DNA of 64,000 nt from Podarcis tiliguerta. Lineage: Eukaryota. The DNA is taken from NCBI GenBank assembly GCA_965153285.1, contig OZ229110.1; one strand, written 5' to 3'. The notes below the pieces were generated by a model. That model had not been told where the DNA came from. It saw nothing but the letters and a program-made list of their open reading frames with translations, and ran no database searches. Positions 1-13,681 of the stretch are shown here, in pieces. A program made the position numbers and the translations under genes. The number at the start of each line of letters is the position of its first letter. Positions within the stretch are counted from its first letter, which is position 1.

Positions 1-3000
1 TATTTAGGATCCATGGAAATTCTTGGAAGCTCAACTTCATCTTTTGCTGTTATTGGCCCTGTACTATCAGATGGCTTGCTTACTGCTCCAGCAGCATTCC
101 TTGCAATGACTCTAAATTCATATCGTTGGTCTTCAGTAAGGCCTGTTACAGTAAACTGAGTTTCAGTTATATTGGTGAAGCTTGCTTTCATCCAACGACC
201 TTCAGGCAAATCACGTTTCTCTACTACGTAGCCTGTAATTTTGCTGCCACCATCATATTCTGGCTTTGTCCACTGCAGAGTAATTGAACTTCTTTTAACA
301 ATAATAGCTTCAGGGCATCCTGGAGGATCACAAGGGTCACGCGCTACGTAACACTCAGAAGCTTTGCTTGCTTTGCCAACACCAACAATATTTTCTGCAG
401 CTACTCTAAATTCATATTCAATGCCTTCTTCAAGGTTAGATGTTTTGTAATGTGTGTCTTGAATAACTGTCTTGTTTACCTTTGTCCACAAAATGCTGTT
501 TCTTTCCTTTCTTTCAAGATGATAACCTAAAATCTTACTTCCACCATCATTTACTGGTTCATGCCATTGCACAACCATAGAGTCCTTTGTAACTGTTGTC
601 ACAAATGGTGTGCCAGGAGGACCTGGTTCTTTATAGGGATACTGAGCAACAACTGTGTCAGACTCCAGGGCAAAGCTCTGCCCGTATCTATTTTCAGCAA
701 ATATTCTAAACTGATATTCTGATCCAGTTTTGAGCTTCATCACCTTGAGAGTGGTTCTTGCAACGGTAGCTGAAACTGTTTCCCACACGGTGGTGGTTGT
801 ATCTCTCTTATGAACAATGTAGTTAGTGATTTGGCAGCCACCTGTGTATAGTGGAGGGTTCCATGATAATGTAATACTTTCAGCACTAATTTCATCAAAT
901 TTAACAGGGCCTTTTGGAGGATCAGGCTTGTCTAGTGTTATAATTTCAACAACTGCAGATTTCTGTCCAACAACATTAGCAACTGCAATTTCATATGCCC
1001 CACTGTCTTCTTTAGTGACCTCTTTAATACTCAGCACAGTAAGTTTAGGTGAATCGATGACATTAACTCTAGTTGTCTGTTTTAATGGCATGCCATCTTT
1101 GGTCCAAGTAATAGTAGGTGTAGGTCGACCAGATATTGGTATTTCCACCTTTAGGTCTTGTCCCACTTGTATACTGTAACTGTGGAATGCTGGTCGTACA
1201 TCTGGTTCAATAACTAAATCTTTGGCTGTTATTGGAACAGCAAGGGACCGTGGATCACTCCTACCCTTTTCATTTACAGCCATTACCCTGAAGAGATAAT
1301 CTTGTCCTTGAGATAAGTTAGTAACAAGTGCTTCAAGAACTTTCACACGCGTACATTCTGACCATTTTTCGCTGCCCTTAACTTGCATTTCCACTATGTA
1401 TTGCAAAATTTTGCTTCCACCATCATGTTCAGGCTTAGCCCAGCTTAATGAAACACTGTTTCTTGTCACATCGTCCACTGTTATCTTTCCTGGAGGTTGA
1501 GGAACTTCAGCAACTTTAACTGGATCACTTGTTTCTGCAGGCAGGCCAATTCCAAATTCATTCTCTGCGCAAACTCTGAAGTAATAATAGCAGCCCTCCT
1601 GAAGTTGAGCCACTTTCCACGATGTCTTGTGGCAGTTTGTTACAACAGCAGCATAGGCTTTCCTTGTGGCTTCACGTTTTTCTATTATATAATTTTTAAT
1701 TTTAGCTCCACCGTCTATCGAAGGAGGTTCCCAGGCGAGTGATACTGAGTCTTTGGTGATTTCCTTAATTTTCAGGTTCACTGGGGGGCCTGGGGTATCT
1801 AGGACTCTTACACTGACAAAGGCAGACTTAGTTCCACCACTGTTTTCTAAAGTAAGAGTGTATTTTCCAGAATCAAATCTGTTAACGTTGTCGAGAACCA
1901 GCGAGGTAAAGCTGCTAGTGCTGTCAATAACAGCTGCCTCTCTGATGTCACCATCTACCTTGCTCCATTTTACTTCGGGTGTTGGGCGTCCTCTGATTGG
2001 AACAAATAATCTTAAGGAGCCACCAGCTCTTACATTGATAACCTTCCTCAGTTCCAAGTCAAGATCAAGGTCTGGAGCTTCCAGCTTTTCTTCGACCACA
2101 ATAGTCCCAGGAACGTCGGCATGCTCTCCTACTCCTGCTTTGTTAACAGCACAAATGCGGAATTTATATTCATGCTTCTCCTGCAATTTTTCTACTTCCA
2201 TATTTGTTTTCTTAATTCCAGTTGGTGGTGTACAAATTGACCAGTCCCCAACACTCACATCACATTTTTCAACAATGTATCCTTGGATTTCTGAGCCACC
2301 ATCATAGATTGGTTTACTCCAGGAGAGGAAAACTGAAGATCTTGTAACATCTATTGCTTTAGGATTGTTGGGAGGACCTGGTTTGTATATAGGGTCACAA
2401 GCCTTATGATAAACAGAAGGTAGGCTTGGCTCACTGAGGCCAGCTGCATTTTCAGCCGAGACTCTGTATTCATAATTATGATTTTCTATAAGTCCAGTAA
2501 CTCGGTATCGAAGTTCACTTATCAAACGCTTGTTACATCTTGTCCACCGAATGCCTTCTTTATCACGTTTTTCTAGTACATAACCCAGAATTTCACTGCC
2601 ACCATCAGAGGGTGGTCTTTCCCATACGACAATCATAGAATCCTTGGTAACAGCCGAGACCTCTGGGGCCTTTGGTGGAAGTGGCACTACAAATGGATTT
2701 TTAGCCATTACAGGCTCAGATTCAAGAGGCTCCCCAACCCCATATTTGTTTACAGCCATGATGCGGAAGATATATTCGTTGCCTTCCAAAAGTTTAGTAA
2801 CTTTGTAACTAAGGGTTTGTACATTGCCATCAACTAAAGTCCAGACTAAGCGGCTTGTTTCTCTTCTTTCAATTACATAATGTGAAATGTCACTACCACC
2901 ATCTTGCAATGGGGGTTTCCATGCCAGGTAACACTTTTCAGCAGTAACTCCTGTTACAACAACTGGACCTTCAGGTGGACCAGGTTTGTCAAGAACCTTA

Positions 3001-6000
3001 ACATGAACGGAAGCTGTCTTTTCACCTGCAGCATTCTTGGCCAGCAATACATAATGCCCACTGTCAATGCGAATGGCTTCTTTGACGCTTAGGCTTGTGG
3101 CAAAGTCTGTCGTTTTTATATCCAAGCGCGCAGTATTCACTAGTTCCTTGTCGCCTTTTAGCCACTGAATAGAAGGCAGCGGCTTACCGTGAACGTCTGC
3201 GTCAATCTTGAACGATTCGCCAGCATGCAGTACAAGGGTTTCCTTAAATTTGGGGTCCATACTTATGCGAGGTGGCTCTACTTCATCTCTTGCTGTGACT
3301 GCCCCCGAGCTTTCAGATGGCTCACTGAAAACGCCTGCAGCGTTGCGTGCAATGACACGGAACTCATACCTTTGATCTTCAACTAGGCCAGTTACTGCAA
3401 ACTGGGTCTCAATAACATTTGTAAAGCTTGCTTTCATCCAGCGGCCTTCAGGCAGCTCCTTCTTCTCAACTATGTAGCCGGTGATCTTGCTTCCGCCATC
3501 ATATGCTGGTTTCTTCCACTGAAGAGTAACAGAGTTCCTTGTGACGATGATAGGCTCTGGACGACCAGGAGGATCACAAGGATCATAAGCTTTGTAGCAT
3601 TCTGAACCTTTACTTGCTTTGCCGATACCAACTATATTTTCTGCATAAACTCTGAATTCATATTCAAGGCCTTCCTCAAGTCCGGTTGTTTTAAAGTTAG
3701 TGTCAGGAATTGCCGCTTTGTTCAATTTAACCCAGAGTATGCTGTTTCTTTCCTTGCGCTCCAAATGATAACCAATAATCTTGCTGCCACCATCATTGAC
3801 TGGTTCATTCCAGTGTACAACCATACTATCCCTGGAGACTTTTGGTACAAAAGGAGTTCCAGGAGGCCCAGGTAGTTTGTATGGATACTGGGCTACCACA
3901 GACTCTGATGTGAGATATGTACTCTTTCCATATCTGTTTTCAGCAGCAATTCTGAATTGATATTCACATCCAGTCTTTAATCTAGCTGCTTTTAGAGTTG
4001 TTCGGGCAACGGTAGCTGAAACAATCTGCCAAGCAGTAGTGGAGGTGTCTCGTTTTTCCACAATATAATTGTTGATAGAACTGCCACCATCATATTTGGG
4101 TGGTCCCCAGGAAATGGTAATATTGTCTGCAGTTACGTCTTCAATCTTCACTGGTCCAGTTGGAGGTCCTGGCTTGTCAAGGACAACAATGTTAAGAATT
4201 TCAGTAGCTTCGCCAGCAGAGTTAGAAAGTTTTACTAAATATTGTCCAACATCTTCTCTACATGCTTCTTTTATTGTTAGCAAAGTGTTGTTGTCTGTAT
4301 TTTCTTCGTTTACTCGAGTAGTTTGTCTCAGTGGCACATCATCTTTGAGCCACGTTACAGATGGCTTGGGTCGACCAACAAATGGAACATCAACCTTTAA
4401 GTCTTCACCTGCTAGTACACTGAAGGTAGTGAATAACAGTTTGAAGGCTGGTGGTATCACAAGATCTTTCGCAATAACTGGTACACTCAGTTGTCGAGGA
4501 TCACTGATTCCTTTTTCATTCTGAGCTGAAACACGGAAAGAATATTCTTCACCCTGGATCAGTCCAGTTATAACAGCTTCAGTAACTTTTACAGTAGTGC
4601 ATGTGGCCCATTTCTCACTGCCTTTGCTTTGCATTTCTACGATGTAGCCCAAAATTCTGCTTCCTCCATCATGTTCAGGTTTTTCCCAAGACAAAGATAC
4701 ACTCTTTCGTGTCACATCTAATATAGTTATTTTTCCTGGAGGAAGAGGCCTTTCAGATGCCTTAATAGAGTCTGATGTTTCAACAGGAAGCCCTATTCCA
4801 TATTCATTTTCAGCTAGAACTCTGAAATAATAGTTGCAACCTTCCTGTAGATTGTCCACTTTCCAGCTGGTCTTATGGCAATTGGCCATAACTGTTGAAT
4901 ATGCTTTTCTTGTTGCCTCACGTTTTTCAATAATATAATTTTTAATTTTAGAGCCACCATCTATGAGGGGAGGGTCCCACGTGAGAGTCACAGATGACTT
5001 TGTAACCTCTTTTATCTTCAGATTCTGTGGGGCGCCAGGTGTATCAAGAACCCTTACAATTACAAATGCTGATTTACTGCCTGAGCTGTTTTCTACAGTC
5101 AGTATATATTTGCCACTGTCAAATCTATTCACATTTCCAACTGTAAGTAGTGTATAAGAGCTTGTGGATTCAATAGCGGCTTTGTCTAAAGACTCTCCAT
5201 GTTCTCTTGACCATTTCACTTCAGGCGCTGGTCTTCCTTTAATTGGGACGAAGAGTCTTAAAGTACAGCAAGCTCTGAGGGTCACAACTTTACGTAGGTC
5301 TGCATCAAGTTCAATCTCAGGAGGCAGTACCCTTTCTTCAGCTTTTGGTGTCCCAGGAACAAGAGCAGGCTCTCCAATGCCTTCAGAGTTCATAGCATAT
5401 ATTCTGATTTTATATTCCTGGTTTTCTTTTAGATTAGTGATGGTAAAGGAAGTTGCCTTCAGCCCTGCTGGTGGAGTTACAATTTTCCACTCATCTTCGT
5501 CAGGTAATGCTGTTTCAACCATGTAGCCTGTGATTTCTGAGCCACCATCATATATTGGCTTATTCCAAGCAATTGTAATTGAGGACTTGCTTGTGTCTAA
5601 TACACGAGGATTACCTGGTGGACCTGGCTTAAATACAGTATCAGCAGCTTTGTAGAATGGACTGCTTAGACTTGGTTCACTTACACCAGCAGCATTTTCA
5701 GCTTTCACTCGGTATTCATATTCATGACCTTCTGTGAGTCCAGATACTTTATAGCGCAAATCTGTGACAACCCGCTTGTTACATTTCACCCAGCGTAGTC
5801 CAGCTCTGTCACGACGTTCTAAAATATAATTGATTATAGGGCTTCCACCATCAGAATCAGGGTGTCCCCAGCACACAATCATAGAATCTTTGGTTGCAGC
5901 TGTAACTTCAGGTGTCTTCGGTGGATCAGGTACTACATAAGGATTTACTGCAAGAACAGGCTCCGATTCCAGGGGTTCGCCAACGCCATATTTGTTAACA

Positions 6001-8881
6001 GCCATAACACGGAAGATATATTCATTGCCTTTCAATAGCTTTGTGACCTTTAATTTTGTTACTGGAACTTCTGTGGCTACACTTGTCCATGCCAATCTGC
6101 TAGTCTCACGTTTCTCAACAACATAATGGTCAATACTTGCACCTCCATCATCCAAAGGTGGTAACCATGACAGGACACATTTTTCTATGGTAACATCAGA
6201 CACAGCCAAAGGCCCTTCTGGAGGACCAGGTCTGTCTAGTACTTTGACATTGAAAATATGTTTTGCAAAGCCACCTGGATTGGAGGCTGTAAGTGTGTAG
6301 GCACCTCCATCTCTTCTTATAGAGTCCTTATTATGAAGAACAGTTGAGAAATCAGCTATTTTAATTTCTAATTTTGCTGTGTCTTCAAGCTCCTTTCCTT
6401 CTTTCGTCCATGTCAGAGTTGGTGGAGGGCGACCTGAAACGTCAGCTTCAAGTTTGAAAATTTCACCTGCTTTTAATATCAAAGTGTCTTTGTATTTAGC
6501 ATCAACCATGATCCTTGGTGCTTCAATCTCATCTCTGCACGTTATTGCATCTGATGGTTCGGATGGGTGGCTAACAGCACCAGCCGCGTTTCTAGCAATC
6601 ACACGGAATTCATAAGCAGCATCTTCTGTGAGACCACTAACAGTGAACTCAGTTTCTAGTATATTGCCGAAGTTAGCCTTTAGCCATCGGCCATTAGGAA
6701 GATCTCTTTTTTCAACAGTATAGCCAGTTATCTTAAAACCTCCATTATATTCAGGTTTTTTCCACTTAAGTGCTACTGCATGTCTTGTAATATTGAGAGG
6801 AACTGGCTTCCCAGGAGGATCAATAGGGTCCAGGGCCAATGCTGGCTCAGATGGCTTGCTTGGTTTACTCTTGCCTGCCATATTTTCTGCTATGACTCGG
6901 AATTCATAGGCAAGGCCAGATGTAAGACCACTTGATTTGAAGGTATTGACTGATATCAAAGCTTTACTTACGGTCTGCCAAAGAATGCTATTTCGTTCTT
7001 TTTGCTCAATGTGATATCCCAAAATGGGGCTTCCTCCATCTGTCAGAGGCTCATGCCAGCTAATGCTAATTGCATCTTTTGTGACTGCAATCACTTGAGG
7101 AGTGCCTGGAGGACCAGGAACTTTAAATGGATAGTTAGCAATTACATTCTCTGAGCTGATAGATGGTCCTGAACCATATCTGTTCTGAGCTTTAACACGG
7201 AATTGGTACTCTGTCCCAGTAGTGAGGCGAGCAGCTTTAAAAGTAGTACGTATAACAGTAGTTGCTAACTCAGCCCATGCAGTACTGTCGGTTTTACGCA
7301 TTTCTACAACATAGTTACTTATTGGCACCCCTCCATCATTCAGTGGAGGTTCCCATGAGAAGGTGACATAGTCGGATGAAACTTCTTCAAATTTGATTGG
7401 CCCTGTGGGAGGCCCAGGAACATCATGCACCTGTATAGTTATAACATCGCTAACTTCACCAACAATATTTTTAGCTGAGATTGGGTATCTGCCGCTATCG
7501 TTTCTAGTGCATTCGTTAATGGTTAAGATGGTTGCAGAAGCAGTATGTTCAAAGTTTACTCTTTGAGTTTGTTTAATTAACTGGTCTTCTTTTTTCCAAG
7601 TAATAGTTGGCCTTGGGCGACCAAGCACAGGTATTTCAACTTTGATATTGTCACCAGCTCTGGCAATTACTGTTTTCTGGTAAATGCCACGCAAATCAAA
7701 TTCTGGAAGCATCATTTGCTCTTTAACGACAACTGGTCTGCTTTCTCTTGGATCACTTCTTCCAGCACTATTAACTGCCATAACCTGGAAAGTATATTCT
7801 TCATTTTCAGTCAGATTCTTTACCACACATTCTAATGTTTTCACAGTTGTGATATGTGTCCACTGAGTTGAACCTTTTTTCTGGGCTTCAATAACATAGC
7901 CAGTAATCTTGCTACCACCATCATGTTCGGGCTTTGGCCAAGCAAGGCTGACTGTCTTCCTTGTGATATCCATGATATTAAGGCTCTCTGGTGGTGATGG
8001 TGCCTCTGACGCTCTTACAGGTTCCGCAGTTTCGGCAGGTTCACCAATTCCAAATTCGTTTTCAGCAAATACTCTGAAGTAATATTCACACCCTTCAGCC
8101 AAATTAGGAATCCTAAGTGAACATTTTGGGCACTTTGTTGTGATGGTTGAATATGCCTTTCGTGTCGACTCACGTTTTTCAACTATATAATTTGTTATGC
8201 GTGAACCACCATCAATTAGAGGCATATCCCATTGTAGGGTGATGGTATCTTTAGATATGTCTCTGGGCTTGAGATTTATTGGTGGCCCTGGTGTATCCAA
8301 GACTTTTACATTTACAAAACCAGTCTTCTTGCCAGCAGCATTTTCAAGGGTCATGACATACTTTCCTGCATCATATCTAGTGCATTCTGTGACAATGAGA
8401 AGTGTGAAAGAGTCTGTATTTTCAATACTGGCACGTCCTTTAAGTGAAATATCATCCTTGGTCCATGTGATTTCAGGAACTGGGCGCCCTTTAATTGGAA
8501 CAAATACCCGAATGGTCAGCCCAGCTCTAACAACAAGAGTTTTCCTCAGCTCGGCGTCTAATTCAAAATCAGGAGCTACTTCACGTTCCCTGATTTCAAC
8601 ATCTTTTATCGTTGCTGGTTCACCAGCGCCAGCAGCATTGAGGGCAATAATTCTAAAGTTGTATTTGGCTCCTGGCTGGAGATTAGCAACCACAAATTCT
8701 GTGATTCTTAGAGCAGTCCCTGTGGTATCTTTCACCCATGTGTCTTCTCCTTCTTTTTGGTGCTCCACAATATAGCCGATTATATCAAGTCCGCCATCAT
8801 AGTGAGGTTTACCCCATGCTAGGCTAGCAGTTGTCTTTGTTGTATCAGTTACTCTTGGGTTGGAAGGAGGTCCCGGTGGAT
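1..8881 (-). CDS. TTN: TTN giant A-band exon (~human exon 326), partial: FN3, two complete C-zone super-repeats and part of a third
   Basis: Acceptor AG at 8882-8883; starts YPPGPPSNPRVTDT; the same frame gives ...DEVELPRISMDPK at base 1; runs off the window, so it is absent from the ORF track. Confidence 0.97.
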
Positions 8882-8981
8882 CTATAAATAATGAAAAAAG
8901 GCAACACATTTTATTTGATTGGAATCCTTATAATCATGCTATAAAGGGACCCCCCCCCCAAAGTATAGAAATCATACTAAC

Positions 8982-9284
8982 ATGCAGCATCCTTGGTTAA
9001 TACTGGTTGAGAAATATCACTTGGTGGCCCAATTCCTGCCCTGTTTTCTGCACTGACACGGAATTCATATTCATTTCCTTCTAGGAGTCCAGTCACTTTG
9101 CATCGAAGGTCTGATACTGGTTTCTTTGTAACTCTGACCCATCTCACGCCTTTTCTTTCTCTTCTTTCCACATGGTAGCCTGTGATTTCGCTGCCACCAT
9201 CATCAGTTGGCCTTTTCCAGGTTACAGTAACAGTGTTTTTCGTAATATTTGATACTTCTGGTTTACCAGGTGGACCAGGAGGCC
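8982..9284 (-). CDS. TTN: TTN exon ~325, FN3
   Basis: GT-AG, 303 nt, [14 protein letters not shown]. Confidence 0.93.
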
Positions 9285-9382
9285 CTAAAAGGAGGAAAAC
9301 AGGTTTTGATAAACACATAAATGTTTATATATATATATATACAGCAGTAAATTGATATACCTTTTGACTTAGTTTTGCTTAC

Positions 9383-9970
9383 CAAATCTATCCACCATTT
9401 TAACTGGCTCTGATTGAGATGGTTCTCCTTTGCCATACTGATTCACAGCAGAAACACGGAAAAGGTACTCATTTCCTTGAATAAGCTTAGTCACAACATG
9501 CCTACAAGACTGAATGTCTTCAGCAACTTGAGTCCATAGAAGGCGGCTAGTTTCTCTCTTTTCAAGTACATAAGACTTGATTGGTGACCCGCCATCTTCT
9601 GTTGGGGGTGTCCATGTGAGAGTAGCCTTTTCAGCTGAAACATTGCTCACTTCAACTGGTCCAGGTGGGCCTGGTACATCTAAAACTTTTACATGTACGT
9701 GTTCTTCTTTAGTACCAAAAGGATTGGTTGCAGTGATCGTATATTCACCAGAATCTTTTCTAGCGGCATACTTGACAGAAAGCGTGGAAGAAGTTGGAGT
9801 CGATTCAATATGAACGGTCTCTGAAAGCTTGAAATCTTTGCCTGCTTTAGACCACACTGAAGTTGGAAGTGGCTTGCCACGGATGCTAATGGCAGACATT
9901 GAGATGGTGTCTCCTGCCTTAACAGTCAGGCCTTCTTTGATAGTAGGATCAATAACAATAGTTGGTGCCT
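9383..9970 (-). CDS. TTN: TTN exon ~324, Ig+FN3
   Basis: GT-AG, 588 nt, [14 protein letters not shown]. Confidence 0.93.
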
Positions 9971-10052
9971 CTGTAAAAGAGAATTAATATGTTAGGAAAG
10001 AAGATACTTAAAACATTAAAAACTGGTGTGTGCCTTTACAGGGAATACGTAC

Positions 10053-10349
10053 CATACTCATCCTTGCATATAATGGCTCCGGTAGATTCTGATGGAGGAC
10101 TAATAGCACCCGCGGTATTCTTAGCTCTAATCCTGAATTCATATTTAGATCCTTCAAAAAGGTCAGTTACTGTATATGCACATTCCTGAACGTTCACATG
10201 GTTTGCCTTCATCCAAGTCTTTGAAGGTAGATCACGTTTCTCCACTATGTAGCCAATTAATTTATGTCCGCCATCATATTTTGGTTCTGTCCAGATCAGA
10301 GTCACTGAGTTTCTAGTAACACTGATAACTTCAGGCTTCCCAGGAGGAT
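10053..10349 (-). CDS. TTN: TTN exon ~323, FN3
   Basis: GT-AG, 297 nt, [14 protein letters not shown]. Confidence 0.93.
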
Positions 10350-10439
10350 CTGAAAACAACAGAATACAGAAATAGTAAAAAGTCTATATCACAGTTTTCT
10401 AACACATGAAGACTTATCTCTTTAATTTGGGAAGCTTAC

Positions 10440-10637
10440 CAATTGGATCAAGGGCTACAATTGGCTCAGAAGGCAGACTTGGTTTACCAACTCCAGCAAG
10501 ATTGATTGCCATCACTCTGAATTCATACTCCAAACCTTCCGTTAACCCTGTCACTCTGAAGTCTCTCATCTTTAGTGGGGTCTTGTTTGCTCGCTTCCAC
10601 AAAATACTATTTCTTTCTTTATATTCAAGGTGGTAAC
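10440..10637 (-). CDS. TTN: TTN exon ~322, FN3 C-part
   Basis: GT-AG, 198 nt, [14 protein letters not shown]. Confidence 0.93.
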
Positions 10638-11175
10638 CTACAAAAGCATACAAGCAAAGGAAACACATGCTTAGTATTTCAAAAGGTAAACAAAAATGGG
10701 GGTGGATAGGAACCAACTTTTTTAATTTGCAAAAGCATCCTTGTCTGATATCTCTGAGCAGTTTCTGCCATCATCGCAGGACATCAGGCAACTGGCTACT
10801 TAACAAGCTTTGCAGTACAATCCTGAGGTGGTGGTAGTGAAATATGAAGATAGCTCTACTGCCTTATCCATTGCCATGCCAGGCTTAAGCCAGTAGGGCA
10901 GAGGAACACTCTGAACTCTTTTGTCACTTGTATTTCCCCCTCCCGTTGGAAATGTGGCTCAGTATCTCCCTGATTTGTGGCACTGGAAGGCTTTGAATCT
11001 AAGCTGCTTCTCAACATGGGCCTTACAGACACCAGAGCCTCGACGTTAGTTGGGTCTGGACATTGCAAAAGCTGGTGGAGGGTAGGCACATGTGTTACAT
11101 CATGACTGGCATTTGTGATCCTAGGATTTAACACCCTGGGGAATCTTATGCAAAATTAAATGTCAAAAGAAATAC

Positions 11176-11280
11176 CTGTGATAGGTGAGCCACCTGTCTT
11201 TTTGGGGTCTGTCCATGTTAAATAGGCAGAATCACGCCTAATCTCAACAATTTTGGGTGGTGGTGGAGCATCGGGAACGT
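11176..11280 (-). CDS. TTN: TTN exon ~321, FN3 N-part
   Basis: GT-AG, 105 nt, DVPDAPPPPKIVEI. Confidence 0.92.
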
Positions 11281-11367
11281 CTAGAAATATAATAAATATA
11301 AGAGAGAATTAGACTGAACCTTAAATGACAGAATGCTTCACAACAAACATATTTTTTGTGTGCTTAC

Positions 11368-11958
11368 CAAATGGATGCCTTGCGATTATTGGGTCAGATT
11401 TAAGACCTTCGCCAACTCCATATTTATTTTCAGCACTGATTCTAAAAGTATATTCACTGCCTTCATGAAGTCTTGTGACTCTGAAGGTAGTTTTCTGCAC
11501 AGCAGACACACATGTGACCCATTTGTTATTCACATTGTCTCTCTTCTCAATAATGTAGTTAGTGATTTCTGAACCACCATCATCTTTGGGAGGAGCCCAT
11601 TTTAATGTCATGGCATCAGCTGTGACTTCATCAAATTTCACAGGTCCTGTTGGGATTCCAGGTTTGCCAACAACCTTCACAGAAATAGTCGCTTCTTTAC
11701 TGCCAGCAATGTTCTTCAGTTTGATTGTATATTTCCCAGCATCATCTTTATGACAATCACGTACAAGGAGTGAGGTGTTAACTGCTGTAGCTTCAAATGC
11801 AACTCTTCCTGTCTCAGTAAGAGCCAGGTCTTCCCCTTTTTTCCATGTCACCGTTGGTGCTGGTTTGCCTTTAATAGGGATTTTCAGGCGGAAACTGCTT
11901 CCTTCTCTAGCTAAATAGCACAAGCCTGGCAGGTCTTTCAAATCAAGATCAGGTGCCA
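11368..11958 (-). CDS. TTN: TTN exon ~320, Ig+FN3
   Basis: GT-AG, 591 nt, [14 protein letters not shown]. Confidence 0.93.
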
Positions 11959-11992
11959 CTGGAAGACAAAAAGGTATTGAATGATTGTATGT

Positions 11993-12406
11993 ACGTTTCC
12001 GAGCACAATTCAAAGTGTTGGTGCTGACCTTTAAAGCCCTAAACGTCCTCGGTCCAGTATATCTGAAGGAGCATCTCCACCCCCATCGTTCAGCCGGGAC
12101 ACTGAGGTCCAGCGCCGAGGGCCTTCTGGCGGTTCCCTTGCTGTGAGAAGCCAAGTTACAGGGAACCAGGCAGAGGGCCTTCTCGGTAGTGTCACCCGCC
12201 CTGTGGATCGCCCTCTCACCAGATGTCAAAGAGAAAAATAACTACCAAACTTTTAGAAGACAACTAAAGGCAGCCCTGTTTAGGGAAGCTTTTAATGTTT
12301 AATAGGTTATTGTATTTTAGTGTTTTGTTGGAAGCCGCCCATAGTGGCTGGGGTGACCCAGATGGGCGGGTTATAAATAATAAACTATTATTATAATATT
12401 ATTATT
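11993..12406 (+). mobile_element. L2-clade LINE, 5'-truncated 3' end with (TAT)n tail
   Basis: Encodes [15 protein letters not shown]...RAFSVV.PALW...FRRQLKAALF (L2 ORF2 C-terminus); 9-bp TSD ATTGTATGT at 11984-11992 and 12407-12415. Confidence 0.85.
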
Positions 12407-12604
12407 ATTGTATGTTCAGTGCAGTGAATACAGTTGCTTCATTTCAGTAACTTCTGTTCTGTAAAAGAACGAAAGGTTTTGTGACACCTCTGCTATTTTT
12501 GCTTTATTAGACTGGCATGGCTATCTCATGGGGTAGTTCTATCGTTCGCTATACTGACATATGCAGTGTGCTCTGTGAACGAGAAAATGTATGAATCTAC
12601 TCAC

Positions 12605-12892
12605 CTATATCGTCCCTTGCCAGCACTGTAATTTCATTAGGTGTTCCATACCCAGCTTCATTTTGTGCTCTCACTCTGAAGGTATATTCTTTGCCTTCTG
12701 TTAAGTCTCTTGTTGAATACTGGAGATTCTTTGACCTCATAACTTCCTGCCACTGATTTTCACCAGTCATAAGTTCAACAATATATGCATTAATGCGGCT
12801 TCCACCATCGCTAATGGGCTTTTTCCACGATACATTGCAGGATGACTTTGTCACAGCCAAAGCCTTTAAGTCCACAACAGGTCCAGGTGTTT
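12605..12892 (-). CDS. TTN: TTN exon ~319, FN3
   Basis: GT-AG, 288 nt, [14 protein letters not shown]. Confidence 0.93.
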
Positions 12893-13000
12893 CTAGCAGA
12901 GAGAAAAGAATATAACGTTGAACAAATCGCTAATATAAAGTTAGATGCACAGGAGCCTTTTAACAATAGCCTGATAGGGTAATCATGTGAATATTCTCAC

Positions 13001-13291
13001 CAGAAGCTTTAACCGCATCCCGAGTTTCACAGGGGTCGCCAATGCCATATTCATTTTCAGCAAAAACCCTGAAGAAGTAAGATTTGCCTTCCTCCAAGTT
13101 AGAGATCCTGAAGCTTGTTTTCGGACACTCTGTGGCTACTGTAGACCACGACTTTCTCTCTGCATCACGTTTTTCAACCACATAGTTCTTCACTGGACTC
13201 CCGCCATCAATTATAGGAGGTTCCCATGAAATAAAGGCAGAATCTTTAGATGCTTCTTTTACAATCAGATTAATAGGTGGCCCAGGAGTAT
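13001..13291 (-). CDS. TTN: TTN exon ~318, FN3
   Basis: GT-AG, 291 nt, [14 protein letters not shown]. Confidence 0.93.
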
Positions 13292-13393
13292 CTGTACAGA
13301 TGCAAATAAACCATTTCAGTTAATGACTAAAATATATAAAATAAAACGTGTGTGGATAGTTAAGACAATAATAGGCAATCACGTAGCACTTAC

Positions 13394-13681
13394 CAAGTAC
13401 TTTTACAACCATTGTGTATGCTTTTTTGCCACAGACGTTCTCCAGACTCAGGACATATTTTCCAGAATCGTATTTGTTTACATTTTCACAGCGCAGGAAA
13501 GTGTCAAAGTCAGTTGATTTGATATCTAGTCCTTGCCTGTCTCTTATGTTGGCATCCACTTTAGACCAAGAAATCTTGGGAGGTGGACGGCCTCTCACTG
13601 GCACATAAATCCTCATTGTGACTCCAGCACGTAATACCAGAACTTTCCTCAATTCAGCATCAAGCTCTCCCTCAGGTGGAA
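13394..13681 (-). CDS. TTN: TTN exon ~317, Ig (start of C-zone repeat 2)
   Basis: GT-AG, 288 nt, [14 protein letters not shown]. Confidence 0.93.

Noticed and set aside
11959-12229. ORF 11321-12229 fusing antisense L2 sequence to exon ~320
   Set aside because: Non-ATG start in repeat sequence, and I saw no convincing acceptor in the required phase
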